The notes: generated by a model from the sequence alone, not told the origin. Positions 41,956-55,247 are shown, counted from the stretch's first letter. The stretch: DNA of 64,000 nucleotides from the human T2T-CHM13v2.0 reference genome, Homo sapiens (GCF_009914755.1 NC_060927.1), one strand, 5' to 3'. Made by a program: numbers and translations.

Positions 41956-42290
41956 ATGAACGCTAGGCGGCCAAACATGGCCAGTACACCCTAAGGCAGC
42001 TATACATCTATTGCCCCTAAGTCCTACTCATCTACCCTTTTTTACCCTCCTCTGTATTGGTGAGGCAGTGTGCCGAAACTTTTCTCAGACTTCCTAAATA
42101 TTTCTGCTAATGATGGGAAGGTTAGAAGAAAGAAGAATAAAGAGGCAATTCTGCTTTTGTTCCAAAAGTGGCGAAGTTGCTAATAGTTGCTTTGGGAGAG
42201 CAATCGTCAACATAGTGTGCCTGTTCCACATACAGCAGTTTTATCTTTTCTTCAACTGTTCTAGACTTAGCTGCTACATTATTTTGATGG

Positions 42291-43286
42291 TGATACAGGA
42301 GACAGAAAGAAATTATTTAGGCAGATAGTAAAGGCAAAAGAGTCCCCAGCAGAGCTTCCCTTCTGACAACATGCAGACCCCCAAATCATTTCTTTCCTAA
42401 ACAGCAGCCTGAAAAATTGAGCTGCACACATAGGTTAGCTTCACGGAGGATTGTCGGCAGCTATGCCAATAAAAAATGACTACCGGCCGGGCGTGGTGGC
42501 TCACGCCTGTAATCCCAGCACTTTGGGAGCTCGAGGAGGGAGGATCACCTCAGATCAGGAGTTCTAGACCAGCCTGACCAACATGCTGAAGCCCTGTCTC
42601 TACTAAAAATACAAAAAATTAGCCCGACGTGGTGGTGTGCGCCTGTAATCCCAGCTATTCGCGAGGCTGAGAGGGAGAATCGCTGGAACCCAGGAGGCGG
42701 AGGTTGCAGGGAGCCGAGATAGCGCCACTGCGCTCCAGCCTGGGCAACAAGAGCGAAACTCAGTCTAGGAAAAGAAAAAAAAAAATGGCTACCTGGGGGT
42801 CAGGGGTCAGGCATATCCAACAATCCAACATGGAGGCTCCATTTCCCGTTTTTTGTTATCACGTGTACAGGACCAAAGAAATGGCCAACATGGAGCAGCT
42901 CAGGCAGAGAACCTGCCTGCACGCCTGCAAAATTAAAAAAAAAAAAAGATTAGGATGAGGGATACCAGAGATTTGCGCCCTATGCAAATGGTACACCTGG
43001 TTCAACCAGTCTTTTACACCCTATGTAAATAAGACACTGCCTCCTCACCAGCTCATCTGTAAAACCCAGTTCATTTCACCATGAATCCGTCAACATATTT
43101 TCCTGGCACCCCTCTCTGCCGCATAGAGCTATTCTCTTTCTAATTTAATTAGAATGTTTAATTTAGTTTAATTTCGCCTATGAAACTTTTGCTTTCAACA
43201 TCACTCTTTGTGTGTCTATGTCCTTGTTCTTTGTGGCCATGAGACAATGAACCTCAGGTGTTTCTCCAGACAATGAGGCCATTTCA
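42291..43286 (+). mobile_element. ERV1 solo LTR, MER50-like, containing an Alu
   Basis: 'tgatacaggagacagaaagaaattatttaggcagatagt' through 'ccagacaatgaggccatttca'; 4-bp TSD (a/g)tgg. Confidence 0.85.
42485..42785 (+). mobile_element. Alu (AluSp/Sq-like), CpG-rich, nested in the MER50-like LTR
   Basis: Dimer with 'gcaacaagagcgaaact'; TSD aaaaaatg(a/g)ctacc. Confidence 0.95.
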
Positions 43287-43784
43287 GTGGCAGTGCCGGC
43301 ATCCCACAGAAGTGCAGAAGGTGTTAATTAGGGGTTTCTGAACAGAAAAAAGTATTAGTAGATTATTGATCCTGTGTTAAAAGCATGTTTCGTTTATTTT
43401 TATTTAATATGTTAGAGTATATTCTCACCCTTTCAGCTATTATAAAATCTTTGGCACAATTTCCTGCATTAAATTGTCTACATTCGGGGAATTATGGAGT
43501 AGTGAATATGCTAAGAGAGAAAAAATATTGAGCTATTGTTATTGGGAAGGTCTGTACTGTTTTTCTAAGCCTATACCAATATAACAAATTGTCCTAATCA
43601 AACTTGTCTCTAAACCATTGCTCAGTATTTTCAACCATAAAATCTGGGAATACACTAGCTATCTTTAAAAGTTGATCTTAACTTAAAAACCCTACAAATC
43701 CATTGTTATGTTTTCTAAATATACTTTGAATAAGTTACCACTTTTTAGGCCTTAACAAGACAAAGAAGAACTAAATATTTATCT

Positions 43785-44750
43785 ATTATGGACTGAATAT
43801 ATATTAACATATCCTTGACAAATTAATATTTTGAAACTCTAACCCCCAAAGTGTTGGAATTAGGAAATGGGTAGGAAATGGGGCCTTTGAGAGAGAACTA
43901 GGTCATGGAGGCAGAACTCTCATTAATGACTTTAGTGTCCTTGTCAAAGAGACCCCAGAAAGCTCTCTCTACCCTTCATCATGTGAAACAAGAAGAAGTC
44001 AGTAGTCTGCAACCCAGAAGACGACCCTCACCAGTGCAACCATGCTGGCACCTTAATCCCAGAATTCCATCCCTGGAATTGTGAGAAATAAATTTCCATA
44101 TATATAAATGTTATGGTTAATTTTATGCATCAGCTTGACTGGAATAAGGGATGGCCAGATACCTGGTAAAATATTATTTCTGCTTGTGTCTATAGGATGT
44201 TTCTGGAAGAGATTAAGATCTGAATTAGTAGACTGAGTAAAGAAGATCACTCTCACCAATGGGGATAGGGTTATCAAATCAATTGAGGGCCTGGATAACA
44301 AAAAAAAGTCAGATGAATGGCTACTTCTCTCTCTCTCTCTCAATGTCTCTCTCTCTCTCTGCCTCTCTCTCTCCCTCTCTCCCCTTAGGGTGGAACGTCT
44401 TTCTTATCCTGCCCTTGGACATGGGGGCTCCTGGTTCTCAGACTTTGGGCTCAAACCACATTACACCACAAGCTTTCCTGTGTCTCGAGTTTGCAGATAG
44501 TGTATCTTGGAACTTATTGGCCTCTCTATGAGCCAGTTACCATAATAAATTTCCATATATGTATAAATACATATATGTGTGTGTGTGTATATATATATGT
44601 ATATACATATATACATATATATATACATATATATATATGTATATATATATATATATGTCTCCTGTTGACTCTGTTTTTCTGGAGAGCACTAATACAATAA
44701 ACCACCCACTTTTTGGTATTTTATTATGAAAACCGAAATTGATTAACATA
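43785..44750 (+). mobile_element. MLT1A-like LTR interrupted by MLT2
   Basis: 'ttgaaactctaacccccaaagtg...gtgagaaataaatttc | ccaccca...tggtattttattat'. Confidence 0.8.
44109..44696 (+). mobile_element. MLT2C/D-like solo LTR with internal (CT)n and (TA)n tracts
   Basis: tgttatggttaatttt...ctaataca termini; perfect TSD ATAAA. Confidence 0.9.
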
Positions 44751-45678
44751 GTACCCCTGATCACATGTATAAATAGATACAAATTTTCTGTTGTTCAAAC
44801 ATCTGTCTTAGATTAAGTGTATCAAATGTATCTAATTTGGTATTTAGGTTCTGACATACCAATCTTTCCAACAAATGTTCACCTTAAGAGAAATTTTAGA
44901 GATAAATAAATAAATGTAACTCATTTTAAAAACAGAGTTCAGCACCAGTACTTCACTAAAAGAATAAATAACAAGTCTGAAAAAAATATTTTTCATAAAT
45001 CATTTATAGTTTCTCTAGAATATTATAAAGCATAAAAAAACTAAAGCACAGAAAGGTAAATGAAGCCACTCTTCCAGTACAAAAATTATATTCACCACAA
45101 TTTAATCTTACCAGACTTCATATGTATACTGGAGGACTTACAGTAGTTTATGCAAATCTTTCCAATACAAGTTACTGAAATTAATAATTAAGTGGGGTAT
45201 CAGAAGAAAAGTAGCACAAGCAAAAAATCAAGCAATGTTCTTTATTGTAGGCATCTTATAAACAGTAACATTACACTGGAGGATTTAAAAATTACTGCAT
45301 AGTTGGACCCTAGAACTGAGACTACAGATTATTGTACTGAGGGTCATAGACTGGTGACATTGAAAATTGCTTATATTAGTTCATATCATACAAATGCGTT
45401 TGGGCATATTGTAGTTTCATTAAGTAAAGAAGGCACAAATTTGAAAATCATGTTTTTCAAATACAAAAATTGTTTTCAATAGTACATCTCAATTTCTTCA
45501 GGAATTAGGGACAAATAATTAAGGTAATTGAGTATTTCTGGCTCAATGAGTAGGGGAAGGATTGGCATACAGGCTTCTAGCCAATCACTAAACTTGATTG
45601 AACATCTAGAATATCTATAGCACTGCTGTAGATGCTGGAGGACTCCAAGCCATTCATAGCAAAATCATCTCTCTCTCG

Positions 45679-45999
45679 TTTTTGTTTTTGTTGTTTTTTT
45701 TTTTTTTTTTTTTTTTGAGACAGGTCCTTTCTTTGCCACTCATGCTAGAGTGAAGCAGCATGAACATGGCTCACTGCTGCCTTGACCTCCCAGGCTTATG
45801 TGATCCCCCAGCCTCAGCCTCCCAAGTAGCTGGGACTACAGGCATGCACCTCCATGCCTGGCTAATTTTGGTATCTTTTATGGAAACAGGGGTTTCACCA
45901 TATTGTGTATATTGATCTCAAACTCCTGAGCTCAAGTGATCTGCCCTCCTTGGCCTTCCAAAGTACTATGACTATAGGTGTGAGCCACTCCACCCAGCC
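45679..45999 (-). mobile_element. AluJ-like
   Basis: Diverged antisense dimer with AluJ features ('atggctcactgc.gccttgacctcc', 'ctcctgagctcaagtgat'). Confidence 0.9.
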
Positions 46000-46899
46000 A
46001 CAAAGTCAATTGAAATCAATATTCAGCATGAAACAAAAGACAGGGTGATAATCCTCAAACTTTAATAATATATAAATAAATACATTCTAACGAAAAGAAG
46101 TTCTCGTGAATTACTCTTACCTCTTTGCGCCAAGAGTTTTTAAGAACAATCTTATTTCCTTCTAGCTTATATTGTTCTTCCTTCCCACTGATCCCATAAG
46201 TTACTAAGTTTCTCTCTAAGACTGACAGAAGTATTACAGTTGGGATTGCATTACTATCTTCCATATTTGTTAAATAAAATCGTTCTAAAAATGAAAGAAA
46301 AAGCTTTCGATGTTTCACTATTGCCTGTCACATACCGTTCACACTGGCCTGTCATCGCTAAAAGGTTGTGCTCAGCTTGGCCCCCATCTGCCTTTTTTAG
46401 TCTCATTCTAACCACACACCTCTCACTGTATAATGTAACCTCATGGAACCTCATGTTCATTATCCAAATACACTATGTACTGTCAGTCTCAGATCCATGC
46501 TCACATCGTCATGTTGCTTGGACTGCCTAGAATTGCTAAATCCGTCTTCTCATCCATGCCCCAAACTGGAAATCCAGATCAATTCTAGCCTCTTAAAGAA
46601 AAATATCTGATCTTTTTAGCAGAAAATTACTCCTTCCTTTGTGATTCTATAGCACATTATTTCTATCTAGTACTAATTGTAAAAAAAAATTAAAAAAAGA
46701 GAGTGACTGAGATGATGTACATGCATCTGAATCAGGGATTGTTCTTTATTCATAAAGTTATTCTCAGTGTTTGTATACAACATAGGGGGGCTGAATTAAT
46801 GAATTGATTTTTGATTAACTGTAAGTATTATGTTCCAATAATACATATTATAACAAAATGCTCCCATATAATCATGTGGCCCGAGCATGGATAAATATC

Positions 46900-47360
46900 A
46901 TTGTAACCGTAGAGCAAAGGTGTTTTTAAGAGGATTAGGAGCTTGCACAAATTACATAACCTTTTTAATCCTCAATTATTCTAATTGTAAAATGAGTATA
47001 ACTTAATCCATCAATTTGCAGTGAGGATAAAGTGAGCAAATTTGCACATGATTCTAAACAATTATTCTTCAGTGTAATAATTTCTCAGTAAATATTAGAC
47101 ATAAGGGCAATTAATACAATTATTATATTTATCAGCAATATTTTTTTTATTTAGTACATGAATCCTGGAGTCACCTGTCTAGATGAAAGCCCACTCTATC
47201 CCTTACCAATCAAACAAACTTGATCAAAATCACTTGGTTCCAGATCTTCATCTCTAGGACAGCATAAGAGTACCAATTTCATTAGGTGTTTGAGACAACT
47301 AGTACACACAATATGCTTAGATAGTGCCTACAAACAATAACTACCAAATGATTAGTAATT
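46900..47360 (+). mobile_element. Two MIR-like fragments
   Basis: 'cctcaattattctaattgtaaaatgag...gtgaggataaagtgag' and 'tgcttagatagtgcct' MIR core-like motifs. Confidence 0.5.
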
Positions 47361-47688
47361 AGTTCTTCTTATTAATGAAGTAAATTACAAAAAGATTATG
47401 GTATAATCTACTATCCTTACTGCATAAAAGATTTTTACAATAATATCATGGCACCTATTATGAATATGAACTAAACATTAGCAATTAATAGTATTCATTT
47501 ATTTCAAAAATAAATGCATTATGCCAATATGGCTTTAAATTTTGGAAATATAATCACCCATGCAGAGGCATTGTATCAACATTTATTAGAACTTAGATTA
47601 AAGAAAAAACTTGGGGCAGGGATAACAACCAGGAATGTGATCCCCAAAGTGATTCTTGTAGAGTAGATATTCATATTCACACACATGG

Positions 47689-47716
47689 ACACACACACAC
47701 ACACACACACACACAC
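47689..47716. repeat. (CA)n microsatellite
   Basis: About 14 AC units. Confidence 0.95.
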
Positions 47717-49279
47717 TATGATCATGATGTTGATTATATTTTGAATTTTCTGCAGATAGTGAGTGTGATATGTTTGTTATGAAGGCAGCCAGCTCATATT
47801 CATTCAACATCTCAAATAAGGGAAGCTGAATTGGCAGTTTCCTGTTTCCTGAGTGTATCAATCAGTATCATACAACCACTCTAAGTAGAGTCTTTACGAG
47901 GTATGTATCAGTTCCTTTAATTTGATTTTTCTTTTACTGGAAAATTTGCAAAAAGTCTTTTGAAGGCATATTTCCTCATGAAAGTGGATTTGCTATATTC
48001 CCAAAAGTGCCCTAATATTGGTACAGTTAAAGCATAAAACTTAGTTATTCCTGATGGCTAAAAAACACAAAAGAAACAAAAGGAAGAGACAGAGATGTAG
48101 AGACAGAGTAAGAGACAGAAAGAGATGGAGATCATTTCAGAATTTCAGATATGGAGAGATTAATAGGTCATATATTTCTCCATTATTTTCTTCCTGGTCA
48201 GTTCTACAGTTGGGCTTAGTGATAAAGATTCCAACATGCTAGCATACCTTCTCTAAAGTAGCATCATCACTGTGTAAGTGTACCCGGATGACTACCGGGA
48301 ATTCAGCAGAAACATCATTCATTGAAATTTCTGAAAAGTAGAGTGTACTCATATGTAAATGTCTTCAGACACAATGTTAAACATTTAGCTGTTTTTTAGA
48401 TTAATATAATAGTAAGTACAATGATTACTTAGACATCCTAATAGTAACTTTAGAATATGGCATTCACTTTGAATATGAACTACTTGTGAGATTATTAGGG
48501 TAAAGGCACACAAGTGTTCTTTCTAAAGATACAATGTGTGGCATCTGACCAGAACTATTATTATTTCTTATGTGACAAGCACGAAATAGAAACAATCACT
48601 ATAAAACAAATGGGCTATGCTTTTTTTTCCAAATTAGAACCTAAATAATCAACACTGAGTTTTAATTTCTTCTGCTCTTTTATTTTTCATATTTTTAAAA
48701 ATTTATTTTAAAATGTATACATTATAGTGTGATGATTTGAATATTTAAGTATCAGCTGGAATCAATGGCAGCAAGAATTAAGTCCATTGCTGGGAAGCCT
48801 GTGAAAGTCATGCATGATTAAAGCTGCTAAGATCAACAGGGTGCCTTACACGCTATAAATCAATTTTATATTCAATTTTATTCACCTACGTGAACGTGAG
48901 TGTTTTCATTCCTACTTACAATATACCTATTAATAGTATGTCTGTTCTCCAAAATGTGAAAAGTGAAGTCTAGTAATGTTAGTAGAATTTGAGATAAAAC
49001 AGTAAATACTTCACATCCTACCTGGAGACGTGTTCTTTTAAGAGTACCAAGGCATCTGAAGACATATGGTATAATTCACCCTAAGGGTCCTTTCCCCTGT
49101 CACTTACACAGCATGTAACCTCTGCTTCACACGAAGGAAGTGAATTATGTGCAGCATGGCTAGGAAAGACAGGATGAATGAAAATGGCATTTCTGCCTTC
49201 AAACCTGGCATGGCTCTCCAACAGATCATCAACTCTGTCCAAAACGATGTCTGCGTATACAGCTTTACAAAGGAGGAAG

Positions 49280-49340
49280 CTCCAGCCTGGGCAACAGAGT
49301 GAGACTCCATCTCAAAAAGAATGAAAAAGAAAGAAAAAAA
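49280..49340 (+). mobile_element. Alu 3'-terminal fragment
   Basis: 'ctccagcctgggcaacagagtgagactccatctc' plus A-rich tail only. Confidence 0.9.
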
Positions 49341-50742
49341 CCAGGCAGACTATGCATAGAAATAAGTCAACTGAAAAGAAAAGCTACAAACTAATCGTTT
49401 TCTTTAATTTCATTAAAATATCTATGTCCCTGTTTGAACGCCCCAAATCAGGAGCTCTTGTATGTGGTGTACACATAGAAACTCACTTAATAACGACTGA
49501 CTAATAACAGAAAATTGTGGCAAATAATGCAATGGTTTTCTTAATTACTTAAAAAAAAGTTTTGTTTTGACAGATTTATAAGAAGAGGCAAAAACATCAT
49601 AGGGAGGAACTGTGTACCTGTCATCCCTCTTCCCCTGATGAAACCACCTCTCATATCTACAGTATGTTATCAAAATCAGAAAATTGGTAAATAACTTTTT
49701 AAAAGACATTATGATTACAAAGATAATTAAAAAGTTACAATTTTAGGCTTGATTTCATATTATTATTAATTAGTTAATCCATTTGTGTTTTTATTTTTCA
49801 GCACTTTTTAAGCCATTTTGAAGATATAAAGAATAAATACGCTATTTTACTGAGGTGTTATTTACATAATTATAAGCATCTAGGACTATGAAGTAAATTT
49901 CTCTTTGTTTGCTTATATGAGTTTGTTTTGCATTTGTTGAAAATATGAAGGTTTAAATTTCCATGTGATAAGTGTAAATAACATACTTTCTATTAATGTT
50001 TTTTCACATTTACATAATTACCACTTTCACAAAGCTTAGATGATACTGCAAAAAAACCCAAATCTTGTGTTTTTTTATATATATAAGTAAGGATTACTTG
50101 CATAATAGAAACAGTAATATTTTCAGTATGTGTGTAAGCATTTATCAAATTATTATTCCAATAAGACAGTGAAAATATGAGAGTTCTGCTCATAAAAATA
50201 TGCTAATTCCTATATTCATTTATAAGGCAATTATTTGAAGTTTATAATGCATTTTGCTTCTAGGACAAAATATCAGATATGAGGAACAATTTCTTAGGTT
50301 CATCTATCAAAGACTATTTAATGTATCATGACCCCAATGTAATTCACATTAGCAATGAAGCATAGTAGGAAAATACTGTTGTAAAACAAGTAATTAAATG
50401 AAACAAATACAAGTTAATAAGCAAAACATAATAACAAATGAATGCTGATTCTCTGAAGAAAGATAACATAATTAGGAAAAGTGACTTTATTGAAGTTTTT
50501 GAAAATAATTCTTAAACACTGTAAGTGATATATACATTGATGGCCCTGAAGTTTGATAATGCCTTATCTCATTTATTAATTTTTAGATTTGATACATTAG
50601 ATTATTTCTATTATATGTAAACCATAATTAATGTCATTTGGCTCAATTTACAATGTAAAGAAAGAGTCAGAACAAAAATGATTTGATTGAGATAAATAGG
50701 ATAAAGAGAAAAAAATTACAGATTTTAAGATGCTATAGGTTT

Positions 50743-51056
50743 GGCCAGGTATGGTGGCTCAAGCCTGTAAACCCAGTACTTTGGGAGGCCAAGGCAGGCA
50801 GATCACCTGAGGTCAGAAGTTTGAGACCAGTGTGGCCAACATGGTGAAACACTGTCTCTACTAAAAATACAAAAAAATTAGCCGGATGTGGTAGTATACG
50901 CCATAACCCCAGCTACTCAGGAGGCTGAGGCAGGAGAATTGCTTGAACCTGGAAGACGGAGGATTCAGTGAGCCAAGATTGTGCCACTGCACTCCAGCCT
51001 GGGTGATACAGCTAGACTCCATCTCAAAAACAAACAAACAAACAAACAAACAAAAA
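50743..51056 (+). mobile_element. Alu (AluSx-like) with (AAAC)n tail, first of a tandem pair
   Basis: Full dimer; preceded by atgctataggttt. Confidence 0.95.
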
Positions 51057-51348
51057 GTCTGGATGCCGTGGCTCACACCTGTAATCCCAACACTTTGGGA
51101 GGCCGAAGCGGACAGATCACCTGAGGTCAGGAGTTCAAGACCAGCCTGACCAATATGATGAAAACCTGTCTACTAGAAAAACAAAAATTAGCTGGGCATG
51201 GTGGCATGCACCTGTAATCCCAGTTACTTGAGAGTCTCAGACAGGAGAATAGCTTGAACATGGGAAGGGGAGGTTGTAGTGACCCGAGATCACGCCATTG
51301 CACTCCAGCCTGGGCAACAAGAGGGAAACTCGAAAAAAATAAAATAAA
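51057..51348 (+). mobile_element. Alu (AluSp/Sq-like), second of the tandem pair
   Basis: Full dimer; followed by atgctataggttt. Confidence 0.95.
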
Positions 51349-51780
51349 TGCTATAGGTTTATATCTCAAGAACAGAAAATATGACATCCCAAGTTGACAT
51401 TAATTAAGGTATACATAAAAGAGAATTACGTGTTTCAAGTAATTATTGGCAAAGCAATATTACTTATTCTGAAATAATTTGCTTAATCATTAGAGTGGGT
51501 CAATTCATTCATTCAATACACATTAAATAATATGCAGCTATTTTTTAGTATCTGTTTTGGTTTTATGGCATCATTCAAATAAAATATTATTATTGCTAAA
51601 TTAAAGGAAATTTAACTATGTACACAAATACCTTCACAGCAATAACACACATGATTTTTTTTTGAAAAATATAAAACAGGTCAATACATTTCAAAAAGTA
51701 GCAATATATTAAATTTGTCTGGAGCAGAATAAAGAAAATCATCTTAAAGAAAGCAATATACAATTTTGACTTAAAGTAGG

Positions 51781-52167
51781 TGCTTTGGTTTGTTTTTGCT
51801 GTTATAAAAAATATCTGAGACTGGGAAATTTATAAAGAACATAAATTTATTTTTTCACAGGTCTGGAGGCCAGAAAGTCTAAGATCAAAGCTCTGGCAGA
51901 TATGGTGGTTTGGTGAGGACCACTCTCTGTTTCCAAGATGGTATCCTATTGTTTTGTCCTCTGGAGGGAGGAAGCTGTGTCCTCATGTGGTGGAAGTCAG
52001 ATGGGCAAGAAAGAAGAACGCTGACTGAAGCCTCTTTTATAAGGTCCTTAATGCCATTCATGAGAGAGGAGTTCTTATGGCCTAATCACCTCTTAAAGTC
52101 CTCATCTGTTAATATTATCACATTTGTGACACCTGAATTTTGGAGGGGACACATTAAAACCATAGCA
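51781..52167 (-). mobile_element. MaLR solo LTR, MSTC/MSTD-like
   Basis: 'tgagactgggaaatttataaagaac' through 'ggggacacattaaaaccatagca'; TSD (g/t)tagg. Confidence 0.85.
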
Positions 52168-52999
52168 TTAGGATGCCAATGAGCAGAAGTATATATCAAT
52201 TTATAGAGAATATAGAATTAATTTGAAAATGGATGAAAATGAAAAGATGGGCCACAGCTTTATTATAAAGGAATACTAATTCTAAACGAACTACTATGAA
52301 CACTTTTAGTTGGGTGCTAGATAATGATTTGCACATTTTTAATTGGTAGAGACATGATTAGAATCAGATCAACAGTGTATAAAATGGATTTGCAATGGTT
52401 TGAGGTAAAGGATGATTTCTATAGATACAATAAGTACCATAATTTATGCGATAAGAACCAGAGGGATGATTTTCAAATGGAAGCAAATGAACAGGGATTA
52501 GAAACAAAGAAAGACAAAAAGGTGTGTGATGTGTACAATTTCCAAGGAAGAGGATAAGTGAGTTAAACTTGATCTCTGGTCCAAGGACCTTAGAAGATTC
52601 TGGCATTGAAAAATACATAACAGCTAGGATATCAGTTTCTGTGTTGAGCTTAAAATGTTTATGATGATTACAGCTGAACCGTTAAGAGGGAGAGATGAGG
52701 ACTAATGTAGAGTGTTGTAATTAGAGATTTTCTTAAGGAATGGGGACTTATTTAAGTTACTACAACTTATGTGGTTTTAATATAAAGACTTGCATCCAAA
52801 TGAACATGTAAGAAAATTCCATTAAGCAAGACTTTGCAGAACAATTACTAAAAGGCAATTGCAGATTCCAGGCATCTCTAGGAACTTCAACAGGGGTCCA
52901 AGTGCAATCTTGTCCAATCAGCTGTGGCTTGGAGGAAGAGTGTACCATGCTCTTTTGAAGATGTTCTTCTAGGACTTTTGCGGTTTTCTCTGAGTGGGA

Positions 53000-53480
53000 T
53001 AGTGGACCACAGAATGGCCTGAAATAGTTGATGGGATTTGGTAGAGAGGATTCTACATATAAAAGGACTAAAAACTCTATTCATCTTTATCCTGGGTACA
53101 CATCTCAGCTATGTTTTCTTGCTTCCTCTGCAGTTAGAGAGATATTTCTAATTAAATTTAGAGCAATGGAATTTGCATTATAAAGATGTTTGTCATTTCT
53201 TGTCCGTAATACTTAAACATCTTCAAAGATCTTCCTTAATTTCTCTCCCCTTCATCAGTTGGCATGATAACATCAGGGGAATCTTAAAGCCATGTGTTGA
53301 AGACGGCAAGAAAGTAATCCAAGGAATCCGTATCACTGAATAATCACTCATGTTAAAGTCACTGGGCCTGGGTAGTATATTAACCTTTTCTTTGCATGTA
53401 GAGAAACCTTTTTTTTTAGTGTAAACAGTCATTACGATTTGGAGATTTGGTATAGCAGATAGTGATAATTAACCTATAAC
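53000..53480 (+). mobile_element. Old MLT1 (J/K-like) LTR
   Basis: 'gcttcctctgcagttag', 'aagccatgtgttgaagacggca', 'gatttggagatttggtatagca'. Confidence 0.5.
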
Positions 53481-54219
53481 ACACATAGTATAGTGTCTTT
53501 CGAACTTAAGTTACATAGCAAATAACTGTTTAAGGAGAAAAATTGCCTACTCTAAATAGAAAAGTTTATTTTGATTAAACTAGTTAGTGCTGTTTGTTTC
53601 TAAAATATCATCTAATTATGAAGCAAATGTATTAAACTCTATGTACAATAAAATTATACTGTACATAAATGCCCATATTTGGAATGACTTTTTTGTCTGA
53701 AACCCAATCCATTTGATGCTTTAAATCACATTGAGCCAGAAATTTCAGACAGTTTTAACTGTCTTCAGACAGTTAAAATTTAGAATTCTCACAAAGGGTT
53801 TTCTAGTTCCCAAATCATGCCTGAAATTTTTTGGTTTTGCACTAAGGCCTCTCCCTGAATCTGGTCACTTCCTTTCCCATAACTCAGGGAAAGAATGTCA
53901 CCACTTATCTATAGTTGAACTTCTGAATTCTATTGTGTCTGCCTACTTAAGGCAAAATAGAGACATTTTCCTTTTAGATTTCCCAGGTCAAATGACAGAG
54001 ATAACAAAGAAAGTCTCCCAAACCTTAATTACATTAGACTTTGGGATAAGAGAATGTCTAAAGATCACGGACGTCCTCTGATCTCAGTTTAAGAAATCCT
54101 ATTGTAATAAATCAAGAGTCCTGAGGAAAAACTGAGTGAGACATTCTGTTTTGATGCTTTATCTAATATGCTTTTGAACTGCTATTCCCCTTCATGGGCT
54201 TTTACTTTGATTTTAACTA

Positions 54220-54360
54220 CTCTATTGAGACCCAGTTTATATTCCGTAAGATTCATCTACTTTCATTGTATATTTCAATAATTTTAAGTAATTTATCAAG
54301 TTGTACAACCATCACCATTATCCAGGTTCAGAAAATTTTATCACTGCAATAGATCCTTTA
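54220..54360 (-). mobile_element. Old L1M 3'-end fragment
   Basis: 'agttgtacaaccatcaccattatccaggttcagaaaattttatcac'. Confidence 0.65.
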
Positions 54361-55247
54361 AAATCAATCTTCCTTTGATCACACTTTTGATTCTGACTAC
54401 TTGTTGGGGGAAAATGATCAATTTATATTAAAGGTTTGAAAATATTTATGTGGTAGATTTTACTATACATGACCTTTAGGTAAACATTGCTCTCATAGAG
54501 ATACATTTTATTTCTGATCGATTTAATTTCTGCCAATGCAGAGCCTAATTCAAGGACTTGAGTACAGATATGCTCTTTGGATAATGGCAACCTAAAGAAG
54601 AAAATAAAAGGGAAAATAAGGGAAAGCTAGGAAAGTGTATGTTGTTGAACTGGTCATTCTATAGCAAATGGGGTTTAGTACCTGTGGCACTTTCTGAGAA
54701 ACCCTACATAATGTGCTTCAGGATTATGTCTTTGAGGGCTAGGAAATAGGAGAATTTAGTTAGTAATGAATCTTTCCTTATTGGTTGAATGTTGTTCCCA
54801 GACATGGGGTATAACCCTGAAAAAAAAAATGGTGATGTGCAGAGATGAGATGTGTTCTTGGAAGCCGTTTGTGATTTCAGAAATACCAGTAGGCTGTAAT
54901 GAGATTCACGCTGATAAAGTATGATAGAAAGCATTAATATATCTTGTAGATTCAGGTGTTTTATAATGAAACAAACAGTCAAATGTAATCTTATTAATTT
55001 ATTTGAAGAGTTTAAATGATCTGAGTTCTAGAGATAATTCCTAGAAAACAACAATGAGGATTGGGTGATGTGATTTTTAAAACCACTCTATAAGAAATTG
55101 AATTTGCATAAGAAACTACACTGTTCCTACTGGATGATGATCCATGCATTGCCAAACTGTAACATTTCTTGTTGCACCATGCTTTAGTCTGACATTGATA
55201 CACTGGATTACAAGACTTGTGAGTATCACAGAATTAACGGGAGGGAC

